A stretch of 63,581 nt of DNA, filler included, from Octopus bimaculoides (lineage: Eukaryota), in NCBI RefSeq assembly GCF_001194135.2. It is 7 parts of 7 records of this genome, joined end to end, with 100 filler letters (N's around TTAATTAATTAA, not from the genome) between each part and the next. Parts side by side here need not be neighbours in the genome. Positions count along the whole stretch, not along the records: positions 1 to 17,833 come from NC_068989.1; positions 17,934 to 29,872 come from NC_068984.1; 5 more parts are not named here. One strand, written 5' to 3'. The position numbers and the translations under genes were made by a program. Positions 12,004-24,890 of this stretch are shown here, in pieces. Position 1 is the stretch's first letter; each line of letters opens with the position of its first letter. The notes beneath the pieces are model-generated. The model was not told where the DNA came from. It ran no database searches and saw only the letters and a program-made list of their open reading frames with translations.

Positions 12004-12812
12004 TGTCAGTACGCAGTTAATTTCAACTAAATTTCAATCATAAGGATTTTGTTGACCCAAGGCAATAGTACAAGACATTGTTTCCAGCTGCCGTGAAGTG
12101 TAATAGGACGCAAAACTCCATGTTTGCGGAGTAAACTTAACCATGCAGCCATTGCCTTGGTCTGTATGAAGAATGATTACAGGAAAGAGAAAAGATATTG
12201 CATAACACACTTAACCATACCGCCATACTTGCGCCTGAATGAACCATGATTATAGAAAAGAAGAAAGAGATGGCGTAAGATTCTCGCCATTCCATATTTT
12301 GCAGCATGGTACTAACTGCATCGTGGAAGACGCTCGTCTGATTTAGGAAATGTAATTTTCGAGAAAAAATTCCTTACGCAAACCAAATCTCTAACCACGC
12401 GATCGGGCAATGCCCAACTAGCATGCGTTAAATGTTTGTTATTAGACAATGTTGGCCAATAAAACAGCGGCGTTTTCATGTCCGTCGTTGAGCAAAATCA
12501 CCAAACAAGGGCTGCCTATCTTATCTGTTGATCTGCTACTCTTCACTTCATCTGCTACTCTGCGATTCTCAACCAGCATCGTGGAAGACGCGTGGTAATT
12601 TTCAAGGTATCTTTTATGCAAAAAAATGTGCGTCTTTCATACCGCAAAAAACGATAGTTTCTAGGATTTGAATGTTACAAATATACTTAATATTTTGACA
12701 CTAAATTCAAAATGAAGTGAAGTAGCTGCAACTGTTAATCGAAACCAGATCGTAACCACTACTCAATATGAACTTAGTTCTAGTTTACAGGGCTCATATA
12801 AATTTATTACTC

Positions 12813-13318
12813 AAGTTTAGGCGGAATTCTGGTTTAAGTACCCCATGTAAACCTTCATAACTTTTTTATATTTTGGAATTTTCAGAAAATTTTTGCGAAT
12901 TTGTATTCTACACACGGGGATTCATACGTTTTGTTTTTTAATTTTCAAATCTCCTCCGCCCCACTTAAATCTTTAAATTTCTACTCTTTTTCGAATTCTT
13001 TTTCCTAAAAATCAGAGTTTAACATACGGACAGTCCAAATTAGTTGCTTAAATACCAGCAATGGTATTTTGATGCATCATCACTCCATTTACGGGGAGAA
13101 AAAATATTGAAAAATAGAGTAACAAAGAAATGAGGAAGGTATCAGGTAGTCGTGAGATGTGCTAAAAATAACAACTAAATACAATTTTGTTTTCATAATC
13201 TTATGAATTCCCGTGTGTAGAACACAAATTTTCCGAAAATTTTCTGAAAATGACAAAAAATAAAAAAAGTTATGAGGGGTTATATGGAGTGCTTAATCTA
13301 GATTTCTGTCCAAGTTTA
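12813..13318. mobile_element. MITE with about 120-bp terminal inverted repeats
   Basis: CATAACTTTTTT...TTTTCAGAAAATTTT...TTCTACACACGGG at about 12855-12920 is the inverse of CCCGTGTGTAGAA...AAAATTTTCTGAAAA...AAAAAAGTTATG at about 13209-13273. Confidence 0.75.
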
Positions 13319-14382
13319 TAAGGTTATTAGCCAACCAGCTAGGAGGACGACCATTTACTTCCAGTCATGGAAGATGTATTACAATTATGTTCAAGACAAT
13401 TATCAATAACTCAATCCACCCAGCTGTTAACATGTACCGCTTAATGGAATAACTTATTGTTCTTTGGAGTCAATGGGGATATTTCAACGTGGTTACTCAA
13501 CTTCCAAGAAATAACAACCAAAATTTCCTCAAACGATACTAATATATTGTAAATAAATCCTGCCCTAGGAGCACATTGGATAATGTAAACTTACAGACGT
13601 CATTTTATGACTGGAAAGCCTTTTGTCGTAGACCTGTTATCATAAAAGTTTTATCATAGACCTGTTCAATCAGAATTGAACAACAACAACAACAACAACA
13701 ATCACAACAACAACTACAACGAAAACGGCGACGCAAAACTAACTGTTGTTAGCGGTAGCAGCACAATAAAACACGCGAGTGCTTGTAAGGATGAGTTTAG
13801 GGTCATTCTTGCGGAAGAACAAACAATATGGCCTACTTCCAATCAAATACTTCTCTATCACTCCAGAGGGCAACCAAAAATTAAGGAATTATAATTAACT
13901 GTTCTTCTAGTTGACGAGTTTATAGTTGAATGCAATTCTCAAGTACTGAGGTTGATATAATCGACAACACACCTCCCAAACATTTGAAGACTGGCATTTG
14001 TGTTACAAATTATTGCAGCGAAACTTAAACGCAATTAATACTAAAGAGTTTAGTTGCAGCAAGTTACAGAAGCAAATTTATAAAAGCGAAGAAATTAAGT
14101 TTATATATATATGAAAAGAGATTCAATTTTACCTCCCATGCAAGTATATTTTATGAAGATTAAATAGAAAGGAAAAGAAATTCAAAGCTAACAAACAACT
14201 TTCCGCACAACATTAAGAAAAAAAAAACCGGAAGTACGGTGACGTTATAATTACTTCCGTTAAGCATTGCTTAATTGTAAAACCTGGATATTTGCCACTC
14301 TATTATGTATGAATCAACATCCAAAATACCCCCAAATACGAACTGAAATACACACACACGTTCACACGCACACACACACGTT

Positions 14383-14422
<40 letters not shown>

Positions 14423-15010
14423 NNNNNNNNNNNNNNNNNNNNNNNNNNNNNNNNNNNNNNNNNNNNNNNNNNNNNNNNNNNNNNNNNNNNNNNNNNNNNN
14501 NNNNNNNNNNNNNNNNNNNNNNNNNNNNNNNNNNNNNNNNNNNNNNNNNNNNNNNNNNNNNNNNNNNNNNNNNNNNNNNNNNNNNNNNNNNNNNNNNNNN
14601 NNNNNNNNNNNNNNNNNNNNNNNNNNNNNNNNNNNNNNNNNNNNNNNNNNNNNNNNNNNNNNNNNNNNNNNNNNNNNNNNNNNNNNNNNNNNNNNNNNNN
14701 NNNNNNNNNNNNNNNNNNNNNNNNNNNNNNNNNNNNNNNNNNNNNNNNNNNNNNNNNNNNNNNNNNNNNNNNNNNNNNNNNNNNNNNNNNNNNNNNNNNN
14801 NNNNNNNNNNNNNNNNNNNNNNNNNNNNNNNNNNNNNNNNNNNNNNNNNNNNNNNNNNNNNNNNNNNNNNNNNNNNNNNNNNNNNNNNNNNNNNNNNNNN
14901 NNNNNNNNNNNNNNNNNNNNNNNNNNNNNNNNNNNNNNNNNNNNNNNNNNNNNNNNNNNNNNNNNNNNNNNNNNNNNNNNNNNNNNNNNNNNNNNNNNNN
15001 NNNNNNNNNN

Positions 15011-15072
<62 letters not shown>

Positions 15073-15486
15073 TAGACAACAAAACATATATAGCTACACA
15101 ATACATATATAAGTGTGCATGCATACAAACATACATACATTGGGGCATTGGAATATGTAACACACTGCCAGAAAGGCGAAAGCTGATTCGGAGACTATAG
15201 ATCCAAGTCATCAGTGGAACTGTAAAAATTTGTATAACTTTTCAGAAGTTAATCATTGAAGGGTATATGCGCATGTCTAGACATACAATCATATTCATGA
15301 GAATGCACACATAAAACAAAACATCCTAATCTGCACCAGCACTGACTCCAACTACTGCTCATACGTACACATACATGCAAAAATACCCTGTTGAAGTTGT
15401 TGAAGGAACCGTGGAGATAGGTTAGAAACTGATTCTTTCTCTATTGGCAAGAAATCTTGAAATAAAACTGAATAATGACATATATA

Positions 15487-15704
15487 CGAGGAGGTGCTGT
15501 AAAGTTCCTTGTTTTAGGAGTATCGCGAAAGGCCTGGTTGGAGGCCCAGCCTTCTGAGTTCTTTAGCAGGGCTTAGAAAAACTGAATGACTGCTGCAATA
15601 AGTGTGTGAATCTGAGAGAGGGAATATGTTGAATAAAACCATAATTAACTGATCCTCTTGCATTTTCTTTTACCCAAAGCCAAGAACTCTACAGCACCCC
15701 CTCG
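15487..15704 (+). mobile_element. mariner-derived MITE
   Basis: TA-CGAGGAGGTGCTGTAAAGTTC ... GAACTCTACAGCACCCCCTCG-TA terminal inverted repeats with TA TSD. The interior retains DCCNKCVNL..GEYVE*-like mariner transposase C-terminal sequence. Confidence 0.85.
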
Positions 15705-17833
15705 TAGTTTTGATTACAAAGGATCCATAAAGGGTCAAGACATATGAAAATGAAGCACGCCACTAATTAGTTAGACAGAATCACGCTAAGCAGACAGTTA
15801 TATAATCCATTATCATAGCTTAGAAGGAAGACGACTGTTGGTTGGTAAATTGTAATTCAAGTAGTATTCAAAAATATCCAACGCTGAATGGAATCTTAAG
15901 TGTGGCGTAAAAGCATAATAAAGACAGACTAATAGATTATCTGGTATTGTAATAATTGTTTCATTAGTTTTTATTTTGACAAAGGCATAGTACAATTAGA
16001 TTGTGTAATACGTTACATAAGTCCCAATCAATCAGGTAAATATGTGAGCAACGACTTGTTGATTAATACACACACACACGTACACACACACGAAGAAGAC
16101 TACAGATCCAATCCATCACTGGAACTGTAAAAATCTGTAAAACTTTCCGGAAGCTTGTCATTTAAGTATATATGAGCATGTCTAGATATGCAACTATATG
16201 AATGAGAAGACATACATAAAACAAAATATACAAATCTGCACGTATACATACATACATACATACATACATACATACATACATACATACATACATACATACA
16301 TACATACATACATAAATGCCTAGTAAAAATTAAGATCTCTCTGTTCAGTTTATCAGAGTAAACACTTTCGAAATAGTTTTTCATCTTTCTAAGTTCCACA
16401 TAACAGGAACATAGGCGAAAAAATTGGTAAACCAAGATTACGTAAAACAGCGAAAATAGCGTGTGGTGTAACGGGCGATAAATTACATTTCATGGGCNNN
16501 NNNNNNNNNNNNNNNNNNNNNNNNNNNNNNNNNNNNNNNNNNNNNNNNNNNNNNNNNNNNNNNNNNNNNNNNNNNNNNNNNNNNNNNNNNNNNNNNNNNN
16601 NNNNNNNNNNNNNNNNNNNNNNNNNNNNNNNNNNNNNNNNNNNNNNNNNNNNNNNNNNNNNNNNNNNNNNNNNNNNNNNNNNNNNNNNNNNNNNNNNNNN
16701 NNNNNNNNNNNNNNNNNNNNNNNNNNNNNNNNNNNNNNNNNNNNNNNNNNNNNNNNNNNNNNNNNNNNNNNNNNNNNNNNNNNNNNNNNNNNNNNNNNNN
16801 NNNNNNNNNNNNNNNNNNNNNNNNNNNNNNNNNNNNNNNNNNNNNNNNNNNNNNNNNNNNNNNNNNNNNNNNNNNNNNNNNNNNNNNNNNNNNNNNNNNN
16901 NNNNNNNNNNNNNNNNNNNNNNNNNNNNNNNNNNNNNNNNNNNNNNNNNNNNNNNNNNNNNNNNNNNNNNNNNNNNNNNNNNNNNNNNNNNNNNNNNNNN
17001 NNNNNNNNNNNNNNNNNNNNNNNNNNNNNNNNNNNNNNNNNNNNNNNNNNNNNNNNNNNNNNNNNNNNNNNNNNNNNNNNNNNNNNTATATATATAAACC
17101 GTGGTTTCGAAGCGACTTTCTTAATCACACCATGATGCCTGCATCTAACAAAAGCAAGCCTAAACTCTAAAAAGTCAATAACATAAACCTCTTGTGTCGC
17201 TATCGTCGATCTGCAATGAACCTTAAATCACTGCATTGTATTTATATTCAAGCGACAACAAAATGTCTGGTGAGTCTGCCATTTTCACGCTTCAGTTGGT
17301 GTTGCTATTTATTTTCATTGGCTGAAATCAAAACTTAATAATCATTCCAGAACAAACGAAACTATTATTATCTTGACAATCACGATGTTCGTCTCCGTAC
17401 TTCATCATCATCGATCATAATTATCATGATCGTGATCATGATTATGGTGATGATCATCATCATCGTCGTCACTGTCGTCGTCATCATTACTGTCGTCTTT
17501 TCTCCTCCTCCTCTTCTTCCTCTTTCTCTTCTTCTAACTCCTCCAACTCTTTCTCCTCCTTTTCTTCCTCCACCAAAACCATCACCATCGTTATCATCAC
17601 CATCATCATCAGCATCATCAGCATCAGCAGCAGCATCATCGTCATCAAGATTGTCATCGTTATCATCATTACATCAGTTGTGAAGATAGCTTTGTTGTCT
17701 ATCGTAAAAGTTCTTTCCACCACCACCAACAACAACAACAGCAACAACAACAGCAACAACACCTCCACCATCATCACCACCACCTCCATTACCACCACCA
17801 CCATCACCATCATCACCACCACTACCGCTGCCG

Positions 17834-17933
17834 NNNNNNNNNNNNNNNNNNNNNNNNNNNNNNNNNNNNNNNNNNNNTTAATTAATTAANNNNNNNNNNN
17901 NNNNNNNNNNNNNNNNNNNNNNNNNNNNNNNNN
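17834..17933. other. Assembly spacer N44-TTAATTAATTAA-N44
   Basis: A six-frame stop 12-mer flanked by 44 N on each side. Identical spacers lie at 29873-29972, 45167-45266, 50337-50436, 54544-54643 and 60028-60127. Confidence 0.97.
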
Positions 17934-18084
17934 CATATTAAACATACATTGAATATATATTTAACAGAAAACCATAATAATATCATAACATTTATTGACA
18001 TAATGAAATATTTAGTCACATGAGCGCCATTTCGACGGATAACTTCAAGTTCCCTATTAGTCATGGAATGACTAATCAATGACT

Positions 18085-18297
18085 CTTTTACTCTTTTACT
18101 TGTTTCAGTCATTTGACTGTGGCTATGCTGGAGCACCTCCTTTAGTCGAGCAAATCGACCCCAGGGCTTATTCTTTTGTAAGCCTAGTACTTATTCTATC
18201 TGTTTGTTTTGCCGAACCGCTAGGTTACGTGGACGTAAACACACCAGCATCGGTTGTCAAGTGATGTTGGGGGGGAAAACACAGACGCACAAACATA

Positions 18298-18300
<3 letters not shown>
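18085..18300 (-). mobile_element. SINE family A, 3' half
   Basis: CTTTTACTTGTTTCAGTCATTTGACTGTGGCTATGCTGGAGCACC...TAAGCCTAGTACTTATTCTATC. Confidence 0.85.
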
Positions 18301-18382
<82 letters not shown>

Positions 18383-18449
18383 GCTTTCGCTCAATAAACA
18401 CTCACAACACCCGGTCTGAGAATCGAAACCGCAATCCTATGACAGCGTG

Positions 18450-18679
18450 TCTTATTTCTTTACTGCCCACAAGGGGCTACACACAGAGGGGACAAACAAG
18501 GACAAAGTGATTAAGTCGATTACGTCGACCCCAATGCGGAACTGGTACTTAATTTATCGACCCCGAATGGATGAAAGGCAAAGTCGACCTCGGCGGAATT
18601 TGAACTCAGAGCATATAGACAGACGAAATACCACTAAGCATTTCACCCGGTGTGCTAACGTTTCTACCAGCTCACCGCC
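18450..18679 (-). mobile_element. SINE family B, near full length
   Basis: AAGTCGATTACGTCGACCCCA...GGCAAAGTCGACCTCGGCGGAATTTGAACTCAGA. Confidence 0.85.
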
Positions 18680-19334
18680 TATGACCGCGTGTCTACTGCC
18701 TTAATCACTGGGCCATTGCGCCTCCACGCTATATATAGATAGATTCGAACAAAATATGGAGCTGTAATATTGTCAGAGATATACGGATGGACAGAAAAGC
18801 ATTTAAAAATAAATATTAACTTTCCAAAAGAAGCATCTAAAATAACTGCTTTTATAGGGTTTCTTTCTTCTTCGTATGACACAGTTCACAGCAACAGCAA
18901 CAAGAACTCTGAAAATATGCGATTTTGTTGCAGATCACAATTTGCCTATAGCAATATTGGATCATTAAAAATGTCTGCCCCGACTTAAAAATCTACTGAA
19001 GATATAAAACAGAAAAAAAAAACTATATAGTTTGTAATATTTTTGATTTATTTGCTTTCATGAACAATATTATGTCTGGTTATTGAGGAAATAATTGACA
19101 TGCCTACAGCCTGTCCTGAACAAAATGCATTGTGCCATGCCTTCTGGCTTTTTACGTTCTGTATTCAAATACCGGCGATGTCGACGTAACATTCGTCCTT
19201 TAAAGATCGATAAAATATATACTAGTTGAACACAATGATCAAAGAATATTTATACACACATACGCTCATCCGCACAAGCAGAGACACACACGCACGCGCA
19301 CACACTCACTCACACACACACATATACAGTTACG

Positions 19335-19990
19335 TATATGTCCGGTCACAGAGTGACCAATGGTTTCGCATCCATAAGGCGCTTAGCCTTGTGGACCACT
19401 CACCAGACTTCAGTGGCGGAGGGCATATACCTTTTCAAACTGGAGGTAGAAATCTGTTATGGTCAGTTAATATGTAAACAAAGAATGACTCTTCTGGGTC
19501 GACGAGGCCGAGTTATCTCCCGTAGACTAGTTCAGTTGGCAGTCCATATCGGTTAAAGTAGCGAATTGGGAACCTCCACTCCGAGGATGTTTCTAGCCCG
19601 TAAAGACTTTTTCCTATTCTAATCGATGAACGGGGAATCCCAAGCTAACAGCAGGTAGCGTTTGAAATGGGAGCAGGAGTAATATATCTCATGTCAAGAA
19701 TTTAATAGTAATTTTAGATACCGGGAATCTTTAAGGATCCTTGGTCACGCCGACCTAAAAAGCATGCAGCGTCAGCTCCTGTTGATATAGGATGGGGTTC
19801 CTTCATCTGTAAGATTCCACATGTAGCTTGCCAGGGGCGAGACGGATCGTCTTTCCGAAATCCTAAAAAAGGATCTGTAATTGTACAGGCGCCCAAGGAA
19901 GATTTTAACATCACAGACGTTGTATAAAACAAAGATTAACTTCAATGCGAAGTGAGGATGTCTTAGCAGGCCAAAACTTATAATCATATA
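19335..19990 (-). mobile_element. Penelope-like element 3' end (GIY-YIG C-terminus plus pLTR-like tail)
   Basis: Minus-strand translation gives FLGRLYNYRSFFRISERRSVSPLASYMWNLTDEG...LLNS*HEIYYSCSHFKRYLL, typical of a PLE GIY-YIG end. A hammerhead motif lies downstream. Confidence 0.75.
19350..19411 (-). ncRNA. Type I hammerhead ribozyme-like motif (core CUGGUGA)
   Basis: GAAGT-CTGGTGA-GTGGTCCACAAGGC/TAAGC/GCCTTATGGATGC-GAA-ACCATTGGT-C-ACTCT: long stem II, GAA box, near-palindromic stem III, GUC triplet. Confidence 0.7.
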
Positions 19991-20251
19991 TAGAAATATA
20001 TAATCATAATGAAGAGTACTTGGAAAAGGTACCAACGTGCTAGAAATAGAAGTCAAAAAGACTATAAACCACGTATATCACTCTTATATACACACAGACA
20101 CACAAAACCCCACACACGTACATACGCGCATATGTATATGTATATATATATATATATATACTATATGAAAATTCCCTAAAATACTATATAGAAATTCCCT
20201 AAAATACTATATGGAAATTCCCTAAAATAAAAATACTCTGCCTTAGTTTGT

Positions 20252-20302
<51 letters not shown>

Positions 20303-20346
20303 NNNNNNNNNNNNNNNNNNNNNNNNNNNNNNNNNNNNNGTGTGTG

Positions 20347-20410
<64 letters not shown>

Positions 20411-20592
20411 AGTGTGTGTCTGTGTGTGTGTCTGTGTGCTTGTTTCGTTGTGCACTTATGCTTAACTTCTATGGACATGAACGTACAATTTTGACACTAA
20501 TACTATTAACTACGAACTTGTATCGGATTTTATATATCGAAGGAAAGCGTATATATGAACGTGTGTATGTGTGTGCATACATATACATATAT

Positions 20593-20624
<32 letters not shown>

Positions 20625-20643
20625 CTGTATCTGTGTTTGTATA

Positions 20644-20685
<42 letters not shown>

Positions 20686-22231
20686 TATATATACGTGCTT
20701 ATATGTGTATACATAGTTATGTGTACCTTAGAACTATATCTTTCTCCCTTTTTCTTATTCTCTTATGAAGAATTGTGCGTAGGACTTGTATGAATATATG
20801 CTTATGTAGCCATGTATGTATGTATATATATNNNNNNNNNNNNNNNNNNNNNNNNNNNNNNNNNNNNNNNNNNNNNNNNNNNNNNNNNNNNNNNNNNNNN
20901 NNNNNNNNNNNNNNNNNNNNNNNNNNNNNNNNNNNNNNNNNNNNNNNNNNNNNNNNNNNNNNNNNNNNNNNNNNNNNNNNNNNNNNNNNNNNNNNNNNNN
21001 NNNNNNNNNNNNNNNNNNNNNNNNNNNNNNNNNNNNNNNNNNNNNNNNNNNNNNNNNNNNNNNNNNNNNNNNNNNNNNNNNNNNNNNNNNNNNNNNNNNN
21101 NNNNNNNNNNNNNNNNNNNNNNNNNNNNNNNNNNNNNNNNNNNNNNNNNNNNNNNNNNNNNNNNNNNNNNNNNNNNNNNNNNNNNNNNNNNNNNNNNNNN
21201 NNNNNNNNNNNNNNNNNNNNNNNNNNNNNNNNNNNNNNNNNNNNNNNNNNNNNNNNNNNNNNNNNNNNNNNNNNNNNNNATATATGAACGTGTGTATGTG
21301 TGTGCATACATATACATATATATATATGGAGGTGTACTCGTGCATGCTTTCGTGCGTATATGAATTTACAAATACTGAGTCACAACAATATTTAATGATA
21401 ATTGAATATCAACATCAATATTATAAGAAAGAAATTCATTAACTTTACCAACAGATGTCTTTCTTTCATTGATCATTTAACTTTGCTATATTAGCTTAAA
21501 ATAAACACTTCGATTATGGTTTAGGCAGACTTGTTGTGTTTTCAATGATTTATCATTACGCCGTTACTTTTTAACTTTTTAACGTCTACCATGATGTTTG
21601 AAGTTTTAATACAGTTTAGATTAAAGAAAGAGATGATTTGGTACAAGTAATTTTTTCCCCACAATTTCATATTTTCCAAACACTTTCATGATGAATTCCC
21701 CGTTTTATATAACCTCAAGCTAGTCTTAGTCAAGCAATAATATTTTGCTTTCCATATGCAATACATTTACGCGAGTCGTGTCTTCTTATGATCTGTAATA
21801 TATTTTCTAAACTATAAAAGGTTATATATTATGATAATTCATGGATTTCTAATATGCGTAATATATAACTGAAGTTATATGAGGTAGGACAGAATTTTGC
21901 TTTTGAGTGAAAATCTATTGAACATCATTTTTACATGCAAGAAATACGTACCACAAACAAGCAACATTCATATTTAACAACATAGATAATTTCAAGCCCT
22001 GGTCAAATAGAATACGTCGACAAAAAAATACCGACGTCTATACATGTACGTTGGTGCATGCGTGAGCATGAGTGGGAACAGAGAGATTACATATGTATTT
22101 CATACGCACATGCACACACAAACACTCACGTGCATATATATATAGATAGTATAGCGAAAAAAAAAAGATCTGCAGGATTAATGCGAATCCTTTCGTGATG
22201 TTACATCAGAAATAGGTAATTAACTCTTCAG

Positions 22232-22460
22232 GTTCGATAGCTACCACGGTCAGTAGCTATCGAACGCCGACGAAGGGAAATAACCCTGAAATCCGGATCC
22301 GTTCGTGCTGCAGATCGTGGTGAGAGGGATAACTTCCCTTGGCAAACAGGACACAGTCGTGTGTCGATAAGCCAGCTGGAGGAGATGTCCTCCTGGGGCT
22401 AAAAGCAACAGTAACATCCACCCCTAGGGGTCAGCCACACTTAAGTGGCAATATACTACA
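22232..22460 (+). mobile_element. Structured solo pLTR-like / retrozyme-like repeat
   Basis: Contains a hammerhead motif followed by a series of hairpins. Homologous to 32058-32270 (shared AGCCAGCTGGAG.AGATGTC.TCCTGGGGCTA and GCCACACTT). Confidence 0.6.
22261..22305 (+). ncRNA. Type I hammerhead ribozyme-like motif (core CCGACGA)
   Basis: CGAACG-CCGACGA-AGGG/AAATAA/CCCT-GAA-ATCCGGAT-C-CGTTCG: perfect 6-bp stem I, 4-bp stem II, palindromic 8-nt stem III, AUC triplet. Confidence 0.8.
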
Positions 22461-23249
22461 CTTTATCGTGCAGTTACTGTTAATACTTCATTTAGAGAAT
22501 TAACATTGCTTATATATATATATATATATATATNNNNNNNNNNNNNNNNNNNNNNNNNNNNNNNNNNNNNNNNNNNNNNNNNNNNNNNNNNNNNNNNNNN
22601 NNNNNNNNNNNNNNNNNNNNNNNNNNNNNNNNNNNNNNNNNNNNNNNNNNNNNNNNNNNNNNNNNNNNNNNNNNNNNNNNNNNNNNNNNNNNNNNNNNNN
22701 NNNNNNNNNNNNNNNNNNNNNNNNNNNNNNNNNNNNNNNNNNNNNNNNNNNNNNNNNNNNNNNNNNNNNNNNNNNNNNNNNNNNNNNNNNNNNNNNNNNN
22801 NNNNNNNNNNNNNNNNNNNNNNNNNNNNNNNNATATATATATATATATAGAATAAGTACCAGGCTTTTAAAAAATATACTCGTTCGGCAAATATTTCTCA
22901 ACATGGTACTGCAGCATGGCCGCTGTCTAATGCTGAAACAACAAAGGACAAAAGATAAAAGATAAATTGTTGCTTTCTAGTACGTTATAACTATCTTGTA
23001 TCTTTCGCCTTTTACTTGTTTCATTACTGATTGCATATATACAATGTATGTGTTTTATTTATTGCCGAATTTGGTACGGGATAGCGTTTAGGAACTCCTT
23101 GATAACGCTGGGTGCTTTAACATCTAAACGTCACAGATCAGGCCAGGCAACTTGCCTTGGATCGAATCCAAGGGCGGTAATCATCGATACTTCGCTATTA
23201 CTGAGGCTTGTGAATACCAGGCGCCTGCAGTGAACCTAAACGGACTGAA

Positions 23250-23365
23250 TCTGGGGTCTGAGTTCTAATTCCGCCAAGGTCGACTTTGCCTTTCATCAAT
23301 AAAATACGTACCAGTTACACCACTCCCCACAAAATCTCAGATCTTGTGCCCATAGTAGAAAGAAT
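23250..23365 (+). mobile_element. SINE family B fragment
   Basis: CTGAGTTCTAATTCCGCCAAGGTCGACTTTGCCTTTCATC. Confidence 0.75.
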
Positions 23366-24797
23366 TATTATTATAATAATTATTATTACTATTATTATTA
23401 TTATTGTTCAGTAGTTTTATTTTTATAACGTGCTTTCACTTCACTACCGAGCGCAGCTCTGTGCGCCTTGGGTATGTGCTGTGGTTTGCTGTGGTGCTTT
23501 TATGTTTACTGTATTGAAAGTGTTTTGCGTAGAATGTGTGCAGTACCCAGTAGTGCAATTTTCTGTATGTTACATATATTTGTAAGTCCTGGTATTTTTG
23601 TTATGTATTTGTCTGAGTATTTTTTAATTATACCTAAGGCACCTACTATGATAGGAATTGTTTCTGTTTTTAGACTCCACATTCGAGTTATCTCTNNNNN
23701 NNNNNNNNNNNNNNNNNNNNNNNNNNNNNNNNNNNNNNNNNNNNNNNNNNNNNNNNNNNNNNNNNNNNNNNNNNNNNNNNNNNNNNNNNNNNNNNNNNNN
23801 NNNNNNNNNNNNNNNNNNNNNNNNNNNNNNNNNNNNNNNNNNNNNNNNNNNNNNNNNNNNNNNNNNNNNNNNNNNNNNNNNNNNNNNNNNNNNNNNNNNN
23901 NNNNNNNNNNNNNNNNNNNNNNNNNNNNNNNNNNNNNNNNNNNNNNNNNNNNNNNNNNNNNNNNNNNNNNNNNNNNNNNNNNNNNNNNNNNNNNNNNNNN
24001 NNNNNNNNNNNNNNNNNNNNNNNNNNNNNNNNNNNNNNNNNNNNNNNNNNNNNNNNNNNNNNNNNNNNNNNNNNNNNNNNNNNNNNNNNNNNNNNNNNNN
24101 NNNNNNNNNNNNNNNNNNNNNNNNNNNNNNNNNNNNNNNNNNNNNNNNNNNNNNNNNNNNNNNNNNNNNNNNNNNNNNNNNNNNNNNNNNNNNNNNNNNN
24201 NNNNNNNNNNNNNNNNNNNNNNNNNNNNNNNNNNNNNNNNNNNNNNNNNNNNNNNNNNNNNNNNNNNNNNNNNNNNNNNNNNNNNNNNNNNNNNNNNNNN
24301 NNNNNNNNNNNNNNNNNNNNNNNNNNNNNNNNNNNNNNNNNNNNNNNNNNNNNNNNNNNNNNNNNNNNNNNNNNNNNNNNNNNNNNNNNNNNNNNNNNNN
24401 NNNNNNNNNNNNNNNNNNNNNNNNNNNNNNNNNNNNNNNNNNNNNNNNNNNNNNNNNNNNNNNNNNNNNNNNNNNNNNNNNNNNNNNNNNNNNNNNNNNN
24501 NNNNNNNNNNNNNNNNNNNNNNNNNNNNNNNNNNNNNNNNNNNNNNNNNNNNNNNNNNNNNNNNNNNNNNNNNNNNNNNNNNNNNNNNNNNNNNNNNNNN
24601 NNNNNNNNNNNNNNNNNNNNNNNNNNNNNNNNNNNNNNNTAAATACTGAAAACAGTTTTTTGTTTTGCTCGTGTTTTGTGGCTATTTGTATTAGTTTCCC
24701 TTGCTTCTGGAGTAGGTATTTTTGCAGTCCTATGGTGGTTATTTTATAATAGTTTTCTAGCTGTATAAGACCCCTGCCACCTTCTGTGCGTTGTATA

Positions 24798-24798
<1 letters not shown>
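23365..24798 (-). mobile_element. 5'-truncated R4/Dong-type LINE spanning an N gap, with 3' UTR and (TAA)n tail
   Basis: The 5' side reads YIQRTEGGRGLIQLENYYK. The 3' side reads EITRMWSLKTETIPIIVGALG...IQKIALLGTAHILRKTLSIQ*, the REL endonuclease end. The interior 23696-24639 is N. Confidence 0.85.
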
Positions 24799-24890
<92 letters not shown>

